Shown piece after piece: positions 16,439-25,952 of a stretch of DNA of 44,632 bases (positions are counted from its first letter, which is position 1; each line of letters begins with the position of its first letter). This DNA is from a virus (lineage: Duplodnaviria; Heunggongvirae; Uroviricota; Caudoviricetes). The position numbers and the translations under genes are program-made. The stretch covers positions 1 through 44,632 of IMG/VR virus record IMGVR_UViG_3300045988_026856; one strand, 5' to 3'. The notes beneath the pieces were generated by a model. It made no database searches, was not told the origin of the DNA, and worked only from the letters and a program-made list of their open reading frames with translations.

Positions 16439-16951
16439 ATGCCGCTAATCGTGGAAACTGGGGCAATCGTCCCGAATGCCGACAGTTACATTAGTCTGGC
16501 TGACGCCCGCGCGCTAGCGGCTAATTATGGCCTTGAGCTGCCAGAAGACGATACCGCTGCGGAAGTAGCCCTGCGCAACGGCGCTACTTATGTCGGGCTT
16601 GCAGAACCGCAGATGTGCGGTAGACGTGTATCCGCTGAACAGTCGCTGGCGTACCCGCGTACAGGAACAACACTAAACGGCTTCACCGTAGCTGATAATG
16701 TTATTCCGTCGCAGTTAATCCGTGCGCAAGTAATCGCCGCGGTTACATATGGCGCAGGCACTGATGTTCGGGCTAACTCCGATGGACGTTCCGTGCAGAC
16801 TGAGCGTGTAGAGGGTGCGGTAACAGTGACCTACTTCAACAACGGCAGCAGTGGTGCTACGACCGCGATTACCGCTGCGGACGACGCCTTACGCCCGTTA
16901 CTGTGCGGTGGTCTTAACAATGGCTTCTCGTTTAATGTGTACCGGGGTTAA
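16439..16951 (+). CDS. putative head-tail connector/adaptor protein
   Basis: YISLADARALAANYGL...AEVALRNGATYV resembles gp6-like connector N-termini; position. Confidence 0.45.
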   Translation: MPLIVETGAIVPNADSYISLADARALAANYGLELPEDDTAAEVALRNGATYVGLAEPQMCGRRVSAEQSLAYPRTGTTLNGFTVADNVIPSQLIRAQVIAAVTYGAGTDVRANSDGRSVQTERVEGAVTVTYFNNGSSGATTAITAADDALRPLLCGGLNNGFSFNVYRG

Positions 16952-16953
16952 AA

Positions 16954-17568
16954 ATGGCGAAGACTAAATCTGAGATATTCACCCTTATAGGGCAGGAGTT
17001 ACCCGACAACACGACGGGGCTTATCACTCCGGCCAAGCTGCGCGGTGTTCTTACGCAGATGGCTGACTCACCTATTTACGCCACTCCTGGCGTTAAAGAG
17101 GTTGAAGTTCTCCGTGCCGCGTATACCGTAACACAAGCGCCTACCGCGGTAGATACGGCATTGCAGTTAACTTTCGGTCCCGCGCAGGGTAGCGCATCTG
17201 ACCCGGTAATGATTAATGCAGCGGGTCTGGTTACGTTCAACACTGCGGGCAACTACGCCGTTCGCATCAAGTTACAGGCGGGGCGCACTGGAGCGAGCGG
17301 GACGTCCGTCCTGTTATCGCGCATTCTTCTTAACGGCGCACAGTACGGCTCGCCAGCAGCTACTAAACTGGTAAGTGCTGATACTACAATCCCGATTGAA
17401 TCTCGCGTCGTTATTAACACAACCGCAGGCCAGACGTTTGCCGTTCAGATTATGCGGGATAGTGCCGGGACCAACTTCGGCGGCGTATATCCGCAAGTTG
17501 CTACCGTAACCGCATGGGGTACAGCACCATCCGCATTACTGGTTATTTCGAGACTGGAGGCCGCCTGA
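16954..17568 (+). CDS. hypothetical structural protein (204 aa)
   Basis: ORF track; position in neck region. Confidence 0.5.
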   Translation: MAKTKSEIFTLIGQELPDNTTGLITPAKLRGVLTQMADSPIYATPGVKEVEVLRAAYTVTQAPTAVDTALQLTFGPAQGSASDPVMINAAGLVTFNTAGNYAVRIKLQAGRTGASGTSVLLSRILLNGAQYGSPAATKLVSADTTIPIESRVVINTTAGQTFAVQIMRDSAGTNFGGVYPQVATVTAWGTAPSALLVISRLEAA

Positions 17569-17662
17569 TGAATAAGTTCACATGTGGTGTAGTTTTTGGT
17601 TTTCTTACCGCGGTAGTCTTGCACAGTTACGGTGTTCTTTTGACGCTGCAAGAGGTGCTAAA

Positions 17663-18022
17663 ATGAGCACCGCTTTCAGTAAACGTATGCAAGGCGTCGG
17701 TACACGCCTGCTAACCAAATTCGGTAGCACGGTATCTCTTGTTCGCGCTGGCTCGAAAGTGTGGGATGAAGTTCTCGGTGAGTATGTCCGGTCCGCGGAT
17801 GAAGTGCTGCCGTTGAAAGCTGTTCCGGTTCCGGTAAACGCAAGCCTGGTAAACGGTACGACGATTCAGGCGGGCGACATGATTGTTAAAGCCGATTGCA
17901 GCGTCGTTCCGAAGATGGAAGACAAGGTACAATTCGGCGGCGAGCAATGGTCTGTCGTAGGTATCGAGAAGAAGATGGTTAACGATGATGTCGTGGCGTA
18001 TTTTATTCAGGTGAGAAAATGA
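17663..18022 (+). CDS. hypothetical neck protein (119 aa)
   Basis: Start refined to ATG after AAGAGGTG. Confidence 0.5.
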   Translation: MSTAFSKRMQGVGTRLLTKFGSTVSLVRAGSKVWDEVLGEYVRSADEVLPLKAVPVPVNASLVNGTTIQAGDMIVKADCSVVPKMEDKVQFGGEQWSVVGIEKKMVNDDVVAYFIQVRK

Positions 18023-18414
18023 GTTTCGCGCTTGATGTCTCTAAGTTCGTGGAAAAGGCGAAGAAGAATCCTGAGAAGGTGATGCGTCAGGTGTCTATTA
18101 AGCTGTTTTCCGCTATCATAAAGGCGAGTCCGGTAGATACAGGCCGCTTTCGTATGAACTGGATGGCATCTGGCGGTACTCCTGCTTCCGGGGTTACAGA
18201 TGCTACGGATAAATCAGGAAACACGGCAACCGGAAACGCTACGAGTTTCATACTGAAAGCCGCCGACTGGCGCGAGTTCACGCTGACAAATAACCTGCCG
18301 TATGCACAACGGCTGGAGTATGGCTGGTCACAACAGGCTCCCGCCGGGATGGTCAGGACTAACGTGTCTCGCTTCCAGCAACTAATTAACGAAGAAGCCA
18401 ACAAGGTGAAATGA
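18019..18414 (+). CDS. HK97 gp10-like tail-component (neck) protein
   Basis: SPVDTGRFRMNW motif. Confidence 0.65.
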   Translation: MSFALDVSKFVEKAKKNPEKVMRQVSIKLFSAIIKASPVDTGRFRMNWMASGGTPASGVTDATDKSGNTATGNATSFILKAADWREFTLTNNLPYAQRLEYGWSQQAPAGMVRTNVSRFQQLINEEANKVK

Positions 18415-18827
18415 TGGGCTACTTTGAGGACTTAACAAAAGCGTTCGACGTGCCGCTGGTAGCCTTCGGAACCGCCAACGGCATCAAGGTTGCGCTTGAA
18501 AACATCGACGCGCCGACGTCAACTGATACGCCGTATCTGGCAAGTTACATGTTACTTGCGGATACAGAACAGGCGGATTTGTTCTTCACAGAACAACGCT
18601 CAGGTGTTTATCAGGTCGACATTAACTACGCATCGGTGAAAGGTAGCGCGCCAATCAATAAAATGGCAGACTTACTTAACACAGCGTTTAAAGCAGGTAA
18701 GTCATTTTCACGTAACGACATCTGCGCCGAGGTTCAATCGGTTAGCCTGGGGCCGCTGATTGTAGAAAACGGATGGGCCAAAAGACCATTGTCAATTAAC
18801 TTTATTGCATTCACCAAGAGGCTGTGA
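18411..18827 (+). CDS. putative tail terminator / tail completion protein
   Basis: Size and position between neck and major tail gene. Confidence 0.45.
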   Translation: MMGYFEDLTKAFDVPLVAFGTANGIKVALENIDAPTSTDTPYLASYMLLADTEQADLFFTEQRSGVYQVDINYASVKGSAPINKMADLLNTAFKAGKSFSRNDICAEVQSVSLGPLIVENGWAKRPLSINFIAFTKRL

Positions 18828-19996
18828 ATATGGCTACAACTCCTTTTAAGGGCGCGAATACCGCGCAATTCTATGTGGCGGAAACTACCCCGGGCGTAAC
18901 ACCTACTAACCCGGTCTGGTCGCCGTTGCGTAACACGGGCGGTGTTCCGGCTGTAACCCGCGATGCGCTGACTTCCAACGAACTCGACGGCAGCCGTGAA
19001 ACTACATCCATTCGCACCGGTAACAAGCAGGTTAGCGGGGAGTATGCCATCGAACTTAGCTCACGTAGCCAGGATGACTTCCTTGCGGGGGCGATGACTT
19101 CTACGTGGCAAGCTGGGGTAGAGATTACGGGCGCCGAAATTACGGTCGCCCCCGCGGGTAAAACATTCACCCGCGCTGCCGGTAGCTTCATTACTGACGG
19201 TGTAGAAGTTGGTGACCTGATCGCGTTCACCGACTTAACCGGCGACAACGCAAAACCGTTTATCGTGACCGCGGTTTCTGCTCTTGTAGTAACAGGCGCG
19301 GGCATTCAGCACACGCTGACAGCAGAGACAGTAACCACTGACGCAAAAACTGGCGACAAACTGGAAACCGGTAACGCATGTAAGACGTTCTCCATCCTGA
19401 CGTGGTTCAAAGGCCAGTGCGGCAACCCTGACGCATACATGCTGACCAAAGGTGTGGAAATCTCCGGTTTCACCATTGAACAGGCCGTAAACGCGATGGT
19501 GACAGGCAGCTTCCCGTTCATCGGCCTGAGTCAGGAGATTCTTTCCAGGCCGCCGGCAGGTTCCGACTTCTCTCAGGTCACATTCACTGACGAGCCGTTC
19601 TCATCCGTAGATGTGTCTGTGTTCGACGGTTCTACGCCGTTGCGTTGCGATACTCTGACCATCACCAACGACAACGGTGCTTCCGCGCAGTTTGAACTTG
19701 GCAACAGTAGCGTCGCGTTCGTGGAACGCGGCCGCGCAGCTAACACATTCTCCATCTCCGGCAAGCTGTATGACATGGCGATGATTCAGAAGTTTATCAA
19801 CGAGCAGCAGGTAGAGATTAACTCTATTCTGGCGGGGGTAAACGGGGCTATGTCTTTCAGTTTGAAACGTGCAGAGCTTACGGCGGTTACACCTGAGATT
19901 GGTGGGCCTGAGTCAATCACTCAGTCCATTGAAGGCCAGGCTACCGGCAATCAGTACCAGTCGTCTATCGTAATTCAACGTATCACCTACGCATAA
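18824..19996 (+). CDS. major tail protein
   Basis: 390 aa, upstream of chaperone/tape-measure genes, followed by terminator. Confidence 0.6.
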   Translation: MNMATTPFKGANTAQFYVAETTPGVTPTNPVWSPLRNTGGVPAVTRDALTSNELDGSRETTSIRTGNKQVSGEYAIELSSRSQDDFLAGAMTSTWQAGVEITGAEITVAPAGKTFTRAAGSFITDGVEVGDLIAFTDLTGDNAKPFIVTAVSALVVTGAGIQHTLTAETVTTDAKTGDKLETGNACKTFSILTWFKGQCGNPDAYMLTKGVEISGFTIEQAVNAMVTGSFPFIGLSQEILSRPPAGSDFSQVTFTDEPFSSVDVSVFDGSTPLRCDTLTITNDNGASAQFELGNSSVAFVERGRAANTFSISGKLYDMAMIQKFINEQQVEINSILAGVNGAMSFSLKRAELTAVTPEIGGPESITQSIEGQATGNQYQSSIVIQRITYA

Positions 19997-20024
19997 AACT
20001 AAGGCCCCTTTCGGGGCCTTTTTC
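19997..20024. terminator. bidirectional terminator (AAGGCCCC-TTTC-GGGGCCTT, A-rich before, T-rich after)
   Basis: Perfect 8-bp stem between convergent genes. Confidence 0.65.
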
Positions 20025-20255
20025 TTACTCATCAATATTACTTCGGTACTCCCGTAACTTCTCCAGACTTTCAATTGCTTCCGCTAAGTCTGTTCCGGTG
20101 TCCTTGTGCCCGCGAAGGCCCATACACAATAGCTTCTTCAATGCGTGTTGTAACGCCGGGTCGCGGATATCGAAGGCACGTAGCACATCATAAACGTCTA
20201 CTGTCATAGTGCTGCCGTGGGTGTTTGTCATTGTGCGGTTGTATTTTGAAGTCAT
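20025..20255 (-). CDS. small hypothetical protein (76 aa), possibly DUF3310-like
   Basis: VDVYDVLRAF...HALKKLLCMGLRGHKD...DLAEAI pattern (tentative, from memory); ATGA-coupled to upstream gene. Confidence 0.5.
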   Translation of the reverse strand: MTSKYNRTMTNTHGSTMTVDVYDVLRAFDIRDPALQHALKKLLCMGLRGHKDTGTDLAEAIESLEKLREYRSNIDE

Positions 20256-21382
20256 CCCAGCATCTCCGGTGAAATAGTTAAACGTGCGACCTCGCCATAT
20301 TCGGCGCTATAAGTAATTACGTTTGCACTACGGCCTGACATCCATCCGCCGCGAGAGGCGTAGGCGTCTTTAGCCGCCAGGGTGCGGTGCTGCTCAACAA
20401 TCATGTTACGGCTTTCCACAATCTTCTGGTGGTGCAGGTGGCCTACGTGGGCGTAGCTGTAAACACTCTCGCCGAACGCTTTGCGGAACTTGGCAATCAT
20501 AACCGGCTCGATAGCGTCGAATCGTGCTTTATGCCCGTGGTGAAAGAACAACGTCGTTTTTCCGTGTTGCACCATCTTGTAAACATCCGGCGACGTATCG
20601 ACAATCACTCGGCTGTCGTTTGAGTATAAAACCGTGAACATTTCAGCCAGCCATACGGAGCCGACGGGGTCGTGGTTACCTTGAACGATTAAAAGTTTGA
20701 CTGTGTGATGCTTAACGAGAGCCATATCAACGACACGGCGCACCATACGAATCATGTAGCGAACTAGTTTCTGATAGCGAGTATCGGCGTCTAACACATG
20801 ACGCGACTCGGGGGTAACGGCATCAAGACTATCGAAGTGCGCGAAGTCTCCAAGCAGGTTAATAACTCCTGTTCCTGCATCTGGTGCTTTCTGAAACGCC
20901 GCGTCGAACCATCGAGAGAACAGGTCCTCTGCAATCTTCATGTCCCAGTCGTCTCCGCTCTCGTCGGCCCATGCAAGCATACCGAGATGGAAATCAGACA
21001 CAGTGTAAAGATTGAGTAATTTATCGTCGCGTTTGGTGCGAACAGCTTTAACAGGTGCAACGGGGGTAATCTCTGACTTCATGCCTTCAATTACAGCTTT
21101 CATCAACTCGACCTGACGTTCAGCATCGGTGTCAGTCTTAACCCATTGCAACTTAGTGTTGCCGAACTCGTCCACAAGTGACGATGTGCCTTTAATCTTG
21201 TAGCCATCCGGCACAAGGTGGCTAACGTCGCGCCCGTGTCCTATGCCTTTCTTTGCCAGCTTCGCTTTACGGATGCGAATAACGCGGTCTGAGATGCCGT
21301 ATTTACGGGCGATGTCTACATTCTTCATCCCGGCGTTCAATTCTTCCCGTAACTGTTCGTCGGTTATTTTCTTATGAGCCAT
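20252..21382 (-). CDS. N-terminal HTH fused to SbcD/Mre11-like metallophosphoesterase
   Basis: HTH (NVDIARKYGISDRVIRIRKAK); phosphoesterase motifs SDFHLG, GDFAHFD, GNHD, HHGH, GHLHH in canonical order; GAGGAAG RBS. Confidence 0.75.
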   Translation of the reverse strand: MAHKKITDEQLREELNAGMKNVDIARKYGISDRVIRIRKAKLAKKGIGHGRDVSHLVPDGYKIKGTSSLVDEFGNTKLQWVKTDTDAERQVELMKAVIEGMKSEITPVAPVKAVRTKRDDKLLNLYTVSDFHLGMLAWADESGDDWDMKIAEDLFSRWFDAAFQKAPDAGTGVINLLGDFAHFDSLDAVTPESRHVLDADTRYQKLVRYMIRMVRRVVDMALVKHHTVKLLIVQGNHDPVGSVWLAEMFTVLYSNDSRVIVDTSPDVYKMVQHGKTTLFFHHGHKARFDAIEPVMIAKFRKAFGESVYSYAHVGHLHHQKIVESRNMIVEQHRTLAAKDAYASRGGWMSGRSANVITYSAEYGEVARLTISPEMLG

Positions 21383-21421
21383 GCTTTACTTCCTCGTGTT
21401 TAGGATTTGTCCTATACTAGC

Positions 21422-21613
21422 TCACTTCTCTTTGACATTCGAGTTGCACGCCCAGATTAAAATAAATACCCACGGCAGCAGAACCCAACCGAGAAACAGA
21501 TTAGCCATGAATATCGCTAATTTAGCTTTATGGTTGCGCATATGCGCCACGAGAAATGGGATAAAATAAACTAAAACGATAATGATTAAGAAGAACATAG
21601 TAATACCTGTCAT
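21422..21613 (-). CDS. small 2-TM membrane protein resembling superinfection-immunity (Imm-like) family
   Basis: FIPFLVAHMRNHKAKLAIFMANLFLGWVLLPWVFILIWA pattern; AGGAG RBS. Confidence 0.55.
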   Translation of the reverse strand: MTGITMFFLIIIVLVYFIPFLVAHMRNHKAKLAIFMANLFLGWVLLPWVFILIWACNSNVKEK

Positions 21614-21654
21614 GGGGTAGCTCCTGTTTGAGTTAACATTGTTGGTGTAAGTGA

Positions 21655-21683
21655 ATAGTATCCTATTATGTTGGGGTGTGCAA
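21655..21683 (-). promoter_or_regulatory. promoter TTGCAC-N17-TACTAT driving the minus-strand insert; near-identical to 1234..1262
   Basis: About 35-bp element shared with the early promoter at 1234..1262. Confidence 0.45.
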
Positions 21684-21790
21684 GTAATGTGTTAGAATTA
21701 TTTTGCGCCTAGTGTCGCACACGAAAAGCGGGTGGTTCCCGTCTGGCGCATTAACCTTAACCAGTAACCTCTTAACCAAAGGATTAAAGA

Positions 21791-22207
21791 ATGAAACTTT
21801 CTGATTTTTATTACGAAGCTGAGGCAGAAAAAGGCGCCCGTATGCCAATACCACTGAAAGACGGCACCGATTCAGGGGAGTGGCTGAACGTTGTTTCACC
21901 GGAGGCAGACGTTGCTGTTAAAGCTATGAGGGCGTTTACACTTGCGTACCGCGCGGCATTAGGTAAATTGAAACCGCTTCGTGATAAATGCGAGGAACTG
22001 AAAGATTTCTCGGAATACAATATTAAGATGGAAGACGCCGCGACGGACCTTAACCGCCAGTTAGCACTTGAACTGGTTAACGGTTGGAGTCTCGACGATG
22101 AATTTAATAAAGAGAACCTGAACACTCTTTTCTCACAATATAAACGCCTCGCTGAACACGTTGTTGTTTTCCACAACGAACAGCTTCACCAATTGCAGGA
22201 AAAGTAG
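21791..22207 (+). CDS. tail assembly chaperone
   Basis: 138 aa directly upstream of the tape measure gene. Confidence 0.55.
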   Translation: MKLSDFYYEAEAEKGARMPIPLKDGTDSGEWLNVVSPEADVAVKAMRAFTLAYRAALGKLKPLRDKCEELKDFSEYNIKMEDAATDLNRQLALELVNGWSLDDEFNKENLNTLFSQYKRLAEHVVVFHNEQLHQLQEK

Positions 22208-22212
22208 ACGCG

Positions 22213-22572
22213 TTGCTCCAGTTTGCCCGTTGGAACTTCATAACCCGCCACAAACGGCGGGAGTTTGACAGCATTGCCGACGGACATAAAGCCGCGCTAA
22301 TTGCTATGGGGGTTATGCAAGACGCGCCGGAAGCAACGCAGGATACCGGGCCAGAATGCCCCCCTGAGCTATTAACCACCTTCGAGAAGTACCGGGAAAT
22401 CAAATTTACCCGCCGAGTGGATGACGACGGCATCAAGATGTACCCGCGCGAACAGTTAAGATGGTCGGATTTAGTGGCATACAGCACCGTTTCGGGCCAG
22501 AATATAGACATGTTTGAATCTGACATCATCATGAGCTTAGACGCTATTTTCGAGGGCAGAAACGATGGCTGA
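22213..22572 (+). CDS. possible -1 frameshift extension of the tail assembly chaperone
   Basis: Frame open from about 22156, overlaps the chaperone 3' end in the -1 frame, no clear RBS; slippery site not identified. Confidence 0.35.
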   Translation: MLQFARWNFITRHKRREFDSIADGHKAALIAMGVMQDAPEATQDTGPECPPELLTTFEKYREIKFTRRVDDDGIKMYPREQLRWSDLVAYSTVSGQNIDMFESDIIMSLDAIFEGRNDG

Positions 22573-24904
22573 TGTAGCTAGTTTAGTTGTAAAAGTATCA
22601 GAGCAAGGCGCGAAAGCTACCTCAGACCGTCTTGATAACCTTTCCAAGTCCGCAAAGGTAGCCGGGGCCGCGGTAGCGGGCCTCGCTTCCATCGTCGCTG
22701 CTACCGCGTACAAGGCCGCACAGGAACTGGTAGACTCCCAACGGCAACTGGATAAGATGTCCGCCAGCCTGAAAACACTAACCGGAAGCACGCAGGGGGC
22801 AAGACAGGCATTAAGCATCCTGCAAGACTTCGCGCGCGACACTCCGTATGGTCTTGAACAGGCAGTAGAGGGATTCCGTAAACTTGTGGCGCTTGGTCTT
22901 ACACCATCAGAAGAAGCGTTGCGCTCCTATGGCAACACTGCCGCTGCTATGGGTAAAGACCTAAATCAGATGATTGAGGCCGTTGCGGACGCCAGTACGT
23001 TTGAATTTGAGCGCCTTAAAGAATTCGGCATCAAGGCTAAGCAGAACAAAGACGATGTTGAATTTACATTCCAGGGCACTACTACGGTGGTTAAGAAGAG
23101 CGCTGCCGATATCGAGCAATACCTGCTCAACATTGGTAACGTAAACTTCGCTGGGGCTATGGCGGACCAGGCTAACACACTTAACGGGGCCATAGCCAGT
23201 GCCAGCGACTCATGGTCGCAGTTAAAAATGACACTGGCTACCAGTCTTTATGTTGGTGCGCTCGCCGAACCTATCCGATACATCGATGATTTAATCCAGG
23301 AACTTAACGCACAGGTTGCATCCGGTGAACTTGCCGCAGAGATGCGTATGTGGGGTGACATCGCGTCGGAAGTAGGAAGCGCGATAGAGATGTCGTTCGA
23401 CGCGGCATTTGGTTTTGTAGGTGACGCGATAAATGGACTGAATGAACTTTGGGATTTTAGCAGTAAAAGTATCACCGACAGCGGCGAACAAACGGCGACA
23501 ACCATCGCGGAATCAGCAGCCGATGCGCTCGATTTCATCGCGGAAGAATTTACCGCGATGGAGCGCTTCTTTGAAGATATGGTTAAAGGGGCGCAGGACG
23601 CTGGCCGGTTGGTGAAAGCAGCCTTCACACCAGGGGAATCTGTAGACGTAGCAAAAAACATTAACTTCCAGCTAGGGATGGCACTGGATACTCAGCGCGA
23701 TGTTGCGGACCTGACCCGTAAAAGTTTCCGCGAACAGGTGGAGGCTCAGCAAAATATCGTCGCGCTTAAACGCGCGGCATATGACATCGACAAAGAAGCC
23801 GCTAAGGAAGAAGGGCTTAGTAAATTTAAGGTAACTGGTACTGGTGGCGGGTCCGAAGATGATAATGCTGGTGCAAAAGCCGCCAAGAAAGCTGCGGACG
23901 CGTTCGAGCGCCAGAAGAAAGCGGCGGAAGACTTCTACTATCAGTCAATCCATCTTAATGATGACGTATTTCAGAAAATAGAAGCTAACCAGGAAGAGCA
24001 ACTATCTAAGTTGCAGGATTTCTATAGCAATAAGCTTCTTAGCGACCAGCAATACGAAAACGCCAAGACGCAGATTATGCTCTCTGCCGAACAGGCCCGC
24101 CAGGAAGAACTGGATAAGAAAAGGAAGGAGGCCCAGGAGAAGCAACAGAAAGGTGATGATTTCATGGCTCAGATTATGGGCCAGAACGCCACCGAGCTTG
24201 AGCTTCTGGATATTCAGGAACAGCAGAAACTGGCGGTAGCTGATAAGTACCGTGAGCAGGGTCTGATTAGCGAGAAGCAGTATCAGGCTGCGCTTAACGC
24301 CATCAACGAGCAGTACGCCACAAAGCGTGCCGGCGCAACGGCAACTGCCTTTGGTAACATGGCTTCAAACATCGGGTCTGCGTTGGGCGAGGCTTCTGGT
24401 GCGTACAAGGCATTCGCTATCGTACAGGCCACTATAGCCACGTACACCGCCGCCATTGAAGCGTATAAGTCAACGGCGGCTATCCCGGTTGTTGGACCAT
24501 TCCTTGCACCAGTAGCTGCTGCCGCTGCCGTTGGGGCGGGTATGGCTCAGGTTTCCGCTATCAGGTCAGCACGTGAACAGGGCGGTCAGTTATCAGCGGG
24601 ACAGGCTTCCACCATCGCCGAGCGCGGAAAACCAGAAGTTATCATGCCTGCGGGTGCATCGCGTGTGCGCACCGCGCAGCAGATGAAAGAAATTATGGGG
24701 CAAAACGGCGGCAGTACCGGACCAGCCAATATCAGCATTATAAATAACACCAGTGCACAAATTGGCAACACCAGCGTTGAACAGGACGAAGAAGGCCGCC
24801 TACGTATCATCATCGAAGAACAGGTAGCCGCCTCTTTGCAGAATAGCAACAGCAAAATATCGAAAGCGAGGAAGGCTACAAGAAACGCACCGGGCTTTAA
24901 GTAG
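22565..24904 (+). CDS. tail tape measure protein
   Basis: 779 aa, coiled-coil-rich, position after chaperones. Confidence 0.8.
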   Translation: MADVASLVVKVSEQGAKATSDRLDNLSKSAKVAGAAVAGLASIVAATAYKAAQELVDSQRQLDKMSASLKTLTGSTQGARQALSILQDFARDTPYGLEQAVEGFRKLVALGLTPSEEALRSYGNTAAAMGKDLNQMIEAVADASTFEFERLKEFGIKAKQNKDDVEFTFQGTTTVVKKSAADIEQYLLNIGNVNFAGAMADQANTLNGAIASASDSWSQLKMTLATSLYVGALAEPIRYIDDLIQELNAQVASGELAAEMRMWGDIASEVGSAIEMSFDAAFGFVGDAINGLNELWDFSSKSITDSGEQTATTIAESAADALDFIAEEFTAMERFFEDMVKGAQDAGRLVKAAFTPGESVDVAKNINFQLGMALDTQRDVADLTRKSFREQVEAQQNIVALKRAAYDIDKEAAKEEGLSKFKVTGTGGGSEDDNAGAKAAKKAADAFERQKKAAEDFYYQSIHLNDDVFQKIEANQEEQLSKLQDFYSNKLLSDQQYENAKTQIMLSAEQARQEELDKKRKEAQEKQQKGDDFMAQIMGQNATELELLDIQEQQKLAVADKYREQGLISEKQYQAALNAINEQYATKRAGATATAFGNMASNIGSALGEASGAYKAFAIVQATIATYTAAIEAYKSTAAIPVVGPFLAPVAAAAAVGAGMAQVSAIRSAREQGGQLSAGQASTIAERGKPEVIMPAGASRVRTAQQMKEIMGQNGGSTGPANISIINNTSAQIGNTSVEQDEEGRLRIIIEEQVAASLQNSNSKISKARKATRNAPGFK

Positions 24905-24940
24905 TAACAAAAAAAATAAGGCCCGAAAGGGCCTTATTTA
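24905..24940. terminator. bidirectional terminator (A8-TAAGGCCC-GAAA-GGGCCTTA-TTT)
   Basis: Stem-loop flanked by A-run and T-run between convergent genes. Confidence 0.65.
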
Positions 24941-25893
24941 TGCGGAACTTTAGGCTTCACTCCGTCCCTACAAAGGGCCAAAATCTCTGGAATTATCTTA
25001 GGGTCTGAGGTTAGCATCCACTCCGTGGATCCGTCGAAGCTGCCATAGCCCCACTCATTCGACGCTATTTTGTAAGTGTTATGGAAATACACTTCTAGCA
25101 TTCGTATTTTTGCGCCGTTATCGTCGCGATGAATGCCAAGCACTTCGAAACCAAAGGGGGTAGCGTTACGCAGGTGACGTATCCGCTGTTTAGGCCTGTT
25201 TGATAACCCTATCTTCACGAATCGGCCGCATTCACTAAGTAACGCATAGAGGAACCCAGTTTTATTAGGGTCGTACCCGCTAGAGGCACATCCAGGACAT
25301 CCTTGATTCTGATGAATGATATCTGCTATTCGCTGGCTAAACTCACCATGGATATCGCAAAGCCGCACCGCTTTGCTATACTGATTCTTATACCCTCCTT
25401 CGAAGCGCAAGAACTTCCACTTATCACTCACGGCGTAAATCTGCGAGATGCGTTCCTCCTCTGAGTATGAAGGTCTTCCCGCGCAACTAGGACACCCATG
25501 TTCCTTACTAATTGCGTTAGCTATCAAAGTGTCGAACTCCCCGTGTTCGGGACAGAGCCTACGTACCTTAGAATAGGCGTTTCGATAGCCGTTAGGAAAT
25601 CCTACAAAACTGTATTGCGGGGCTACCTTAGCTAGTTCCTCTACTACATTGCTCTCAGGTTTTCGCTGTTTGCTTGATGAAGATTCTTTTCCACACCTAG
25701 GGCACCCAATACCTTTTTTAATACTAGCGGCCGTTGCCGAGAAAGCCCCATGTTCGCGGCAAAATAGGGTTATCTTACTAAACGCACCTGTATACCCCGC
25801 ACCATCGTCCAACAACTCGTATTTACCGCCGTGGTTGGCTAAATCAGCTAATATCCTCTCGCGGCGCTCAGGCCATAGTATTTTCCGGCACAT
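24934..25893 (-). CDS. three zinc-ribbon repeats fused to a C-terminal GIY-YIG-like (T5orf172-type) domain
   Basis: Three repeats of YSK..LC..HGEF...(7-9)...GCP.C; C-terminal GFLYAL...VKIGLSNRPKQRIRHL...GSTEWM; start refined to ATG at 25893 with GAGGT RBS. Confidence 0.7.
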   Translation of the reverse strand: MCRKILWPERRERILADLANHGGKYELLDDGAGYTGAFSKITLFCREHGAFSATAASIKKGIGCPRCGKESSSSKQRKPESNVVEELAKVAPQYSFVGFPNGYRNAYSKVRRLCPEHGEFDTLIANAISKEHGCPSCAGRPSYSEEERISQIYAVSDKWKFLRFEGGYKNQYSKAVRLCDIHGEFSQRIADIIHQNQGCPGCASSGYDPNKTGFLYALLSECGRFVKIGLSNRPKQRIRHLRNATPFGFEVLGIHRDDNGAKIRMLEVYFHNTYKIASNEWGYGSFDGSTEWMLTSDPKIIPEILALCRDGVKPKVPHK

Positions 25894-25923
25894 AATCAAC
25901 CTCAATAAAGAGTATTAACTAGT

Positions 25924-25952
25924 ATACTATTCAACCATGGGGCCCGGGTCAA
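25924..25952 (-). promoter_or_regulatory. sigma70-like promoter TTGACC-N17-TAGTAT for the 24934..25893 gene
   Basis: Hexamers on minus strand about 30 nt upstream of the start. Confidence 0.4.

Noticed and set aside
20252-21382. Mre11/Rad50-type DNA repair complex
   Set aside because: The phosphoesterase has SbcD-like motifs but there is no SbcC/Rad50-like ATPase gene in the genome, and the protein carries an unrelated N-terminal HTH.
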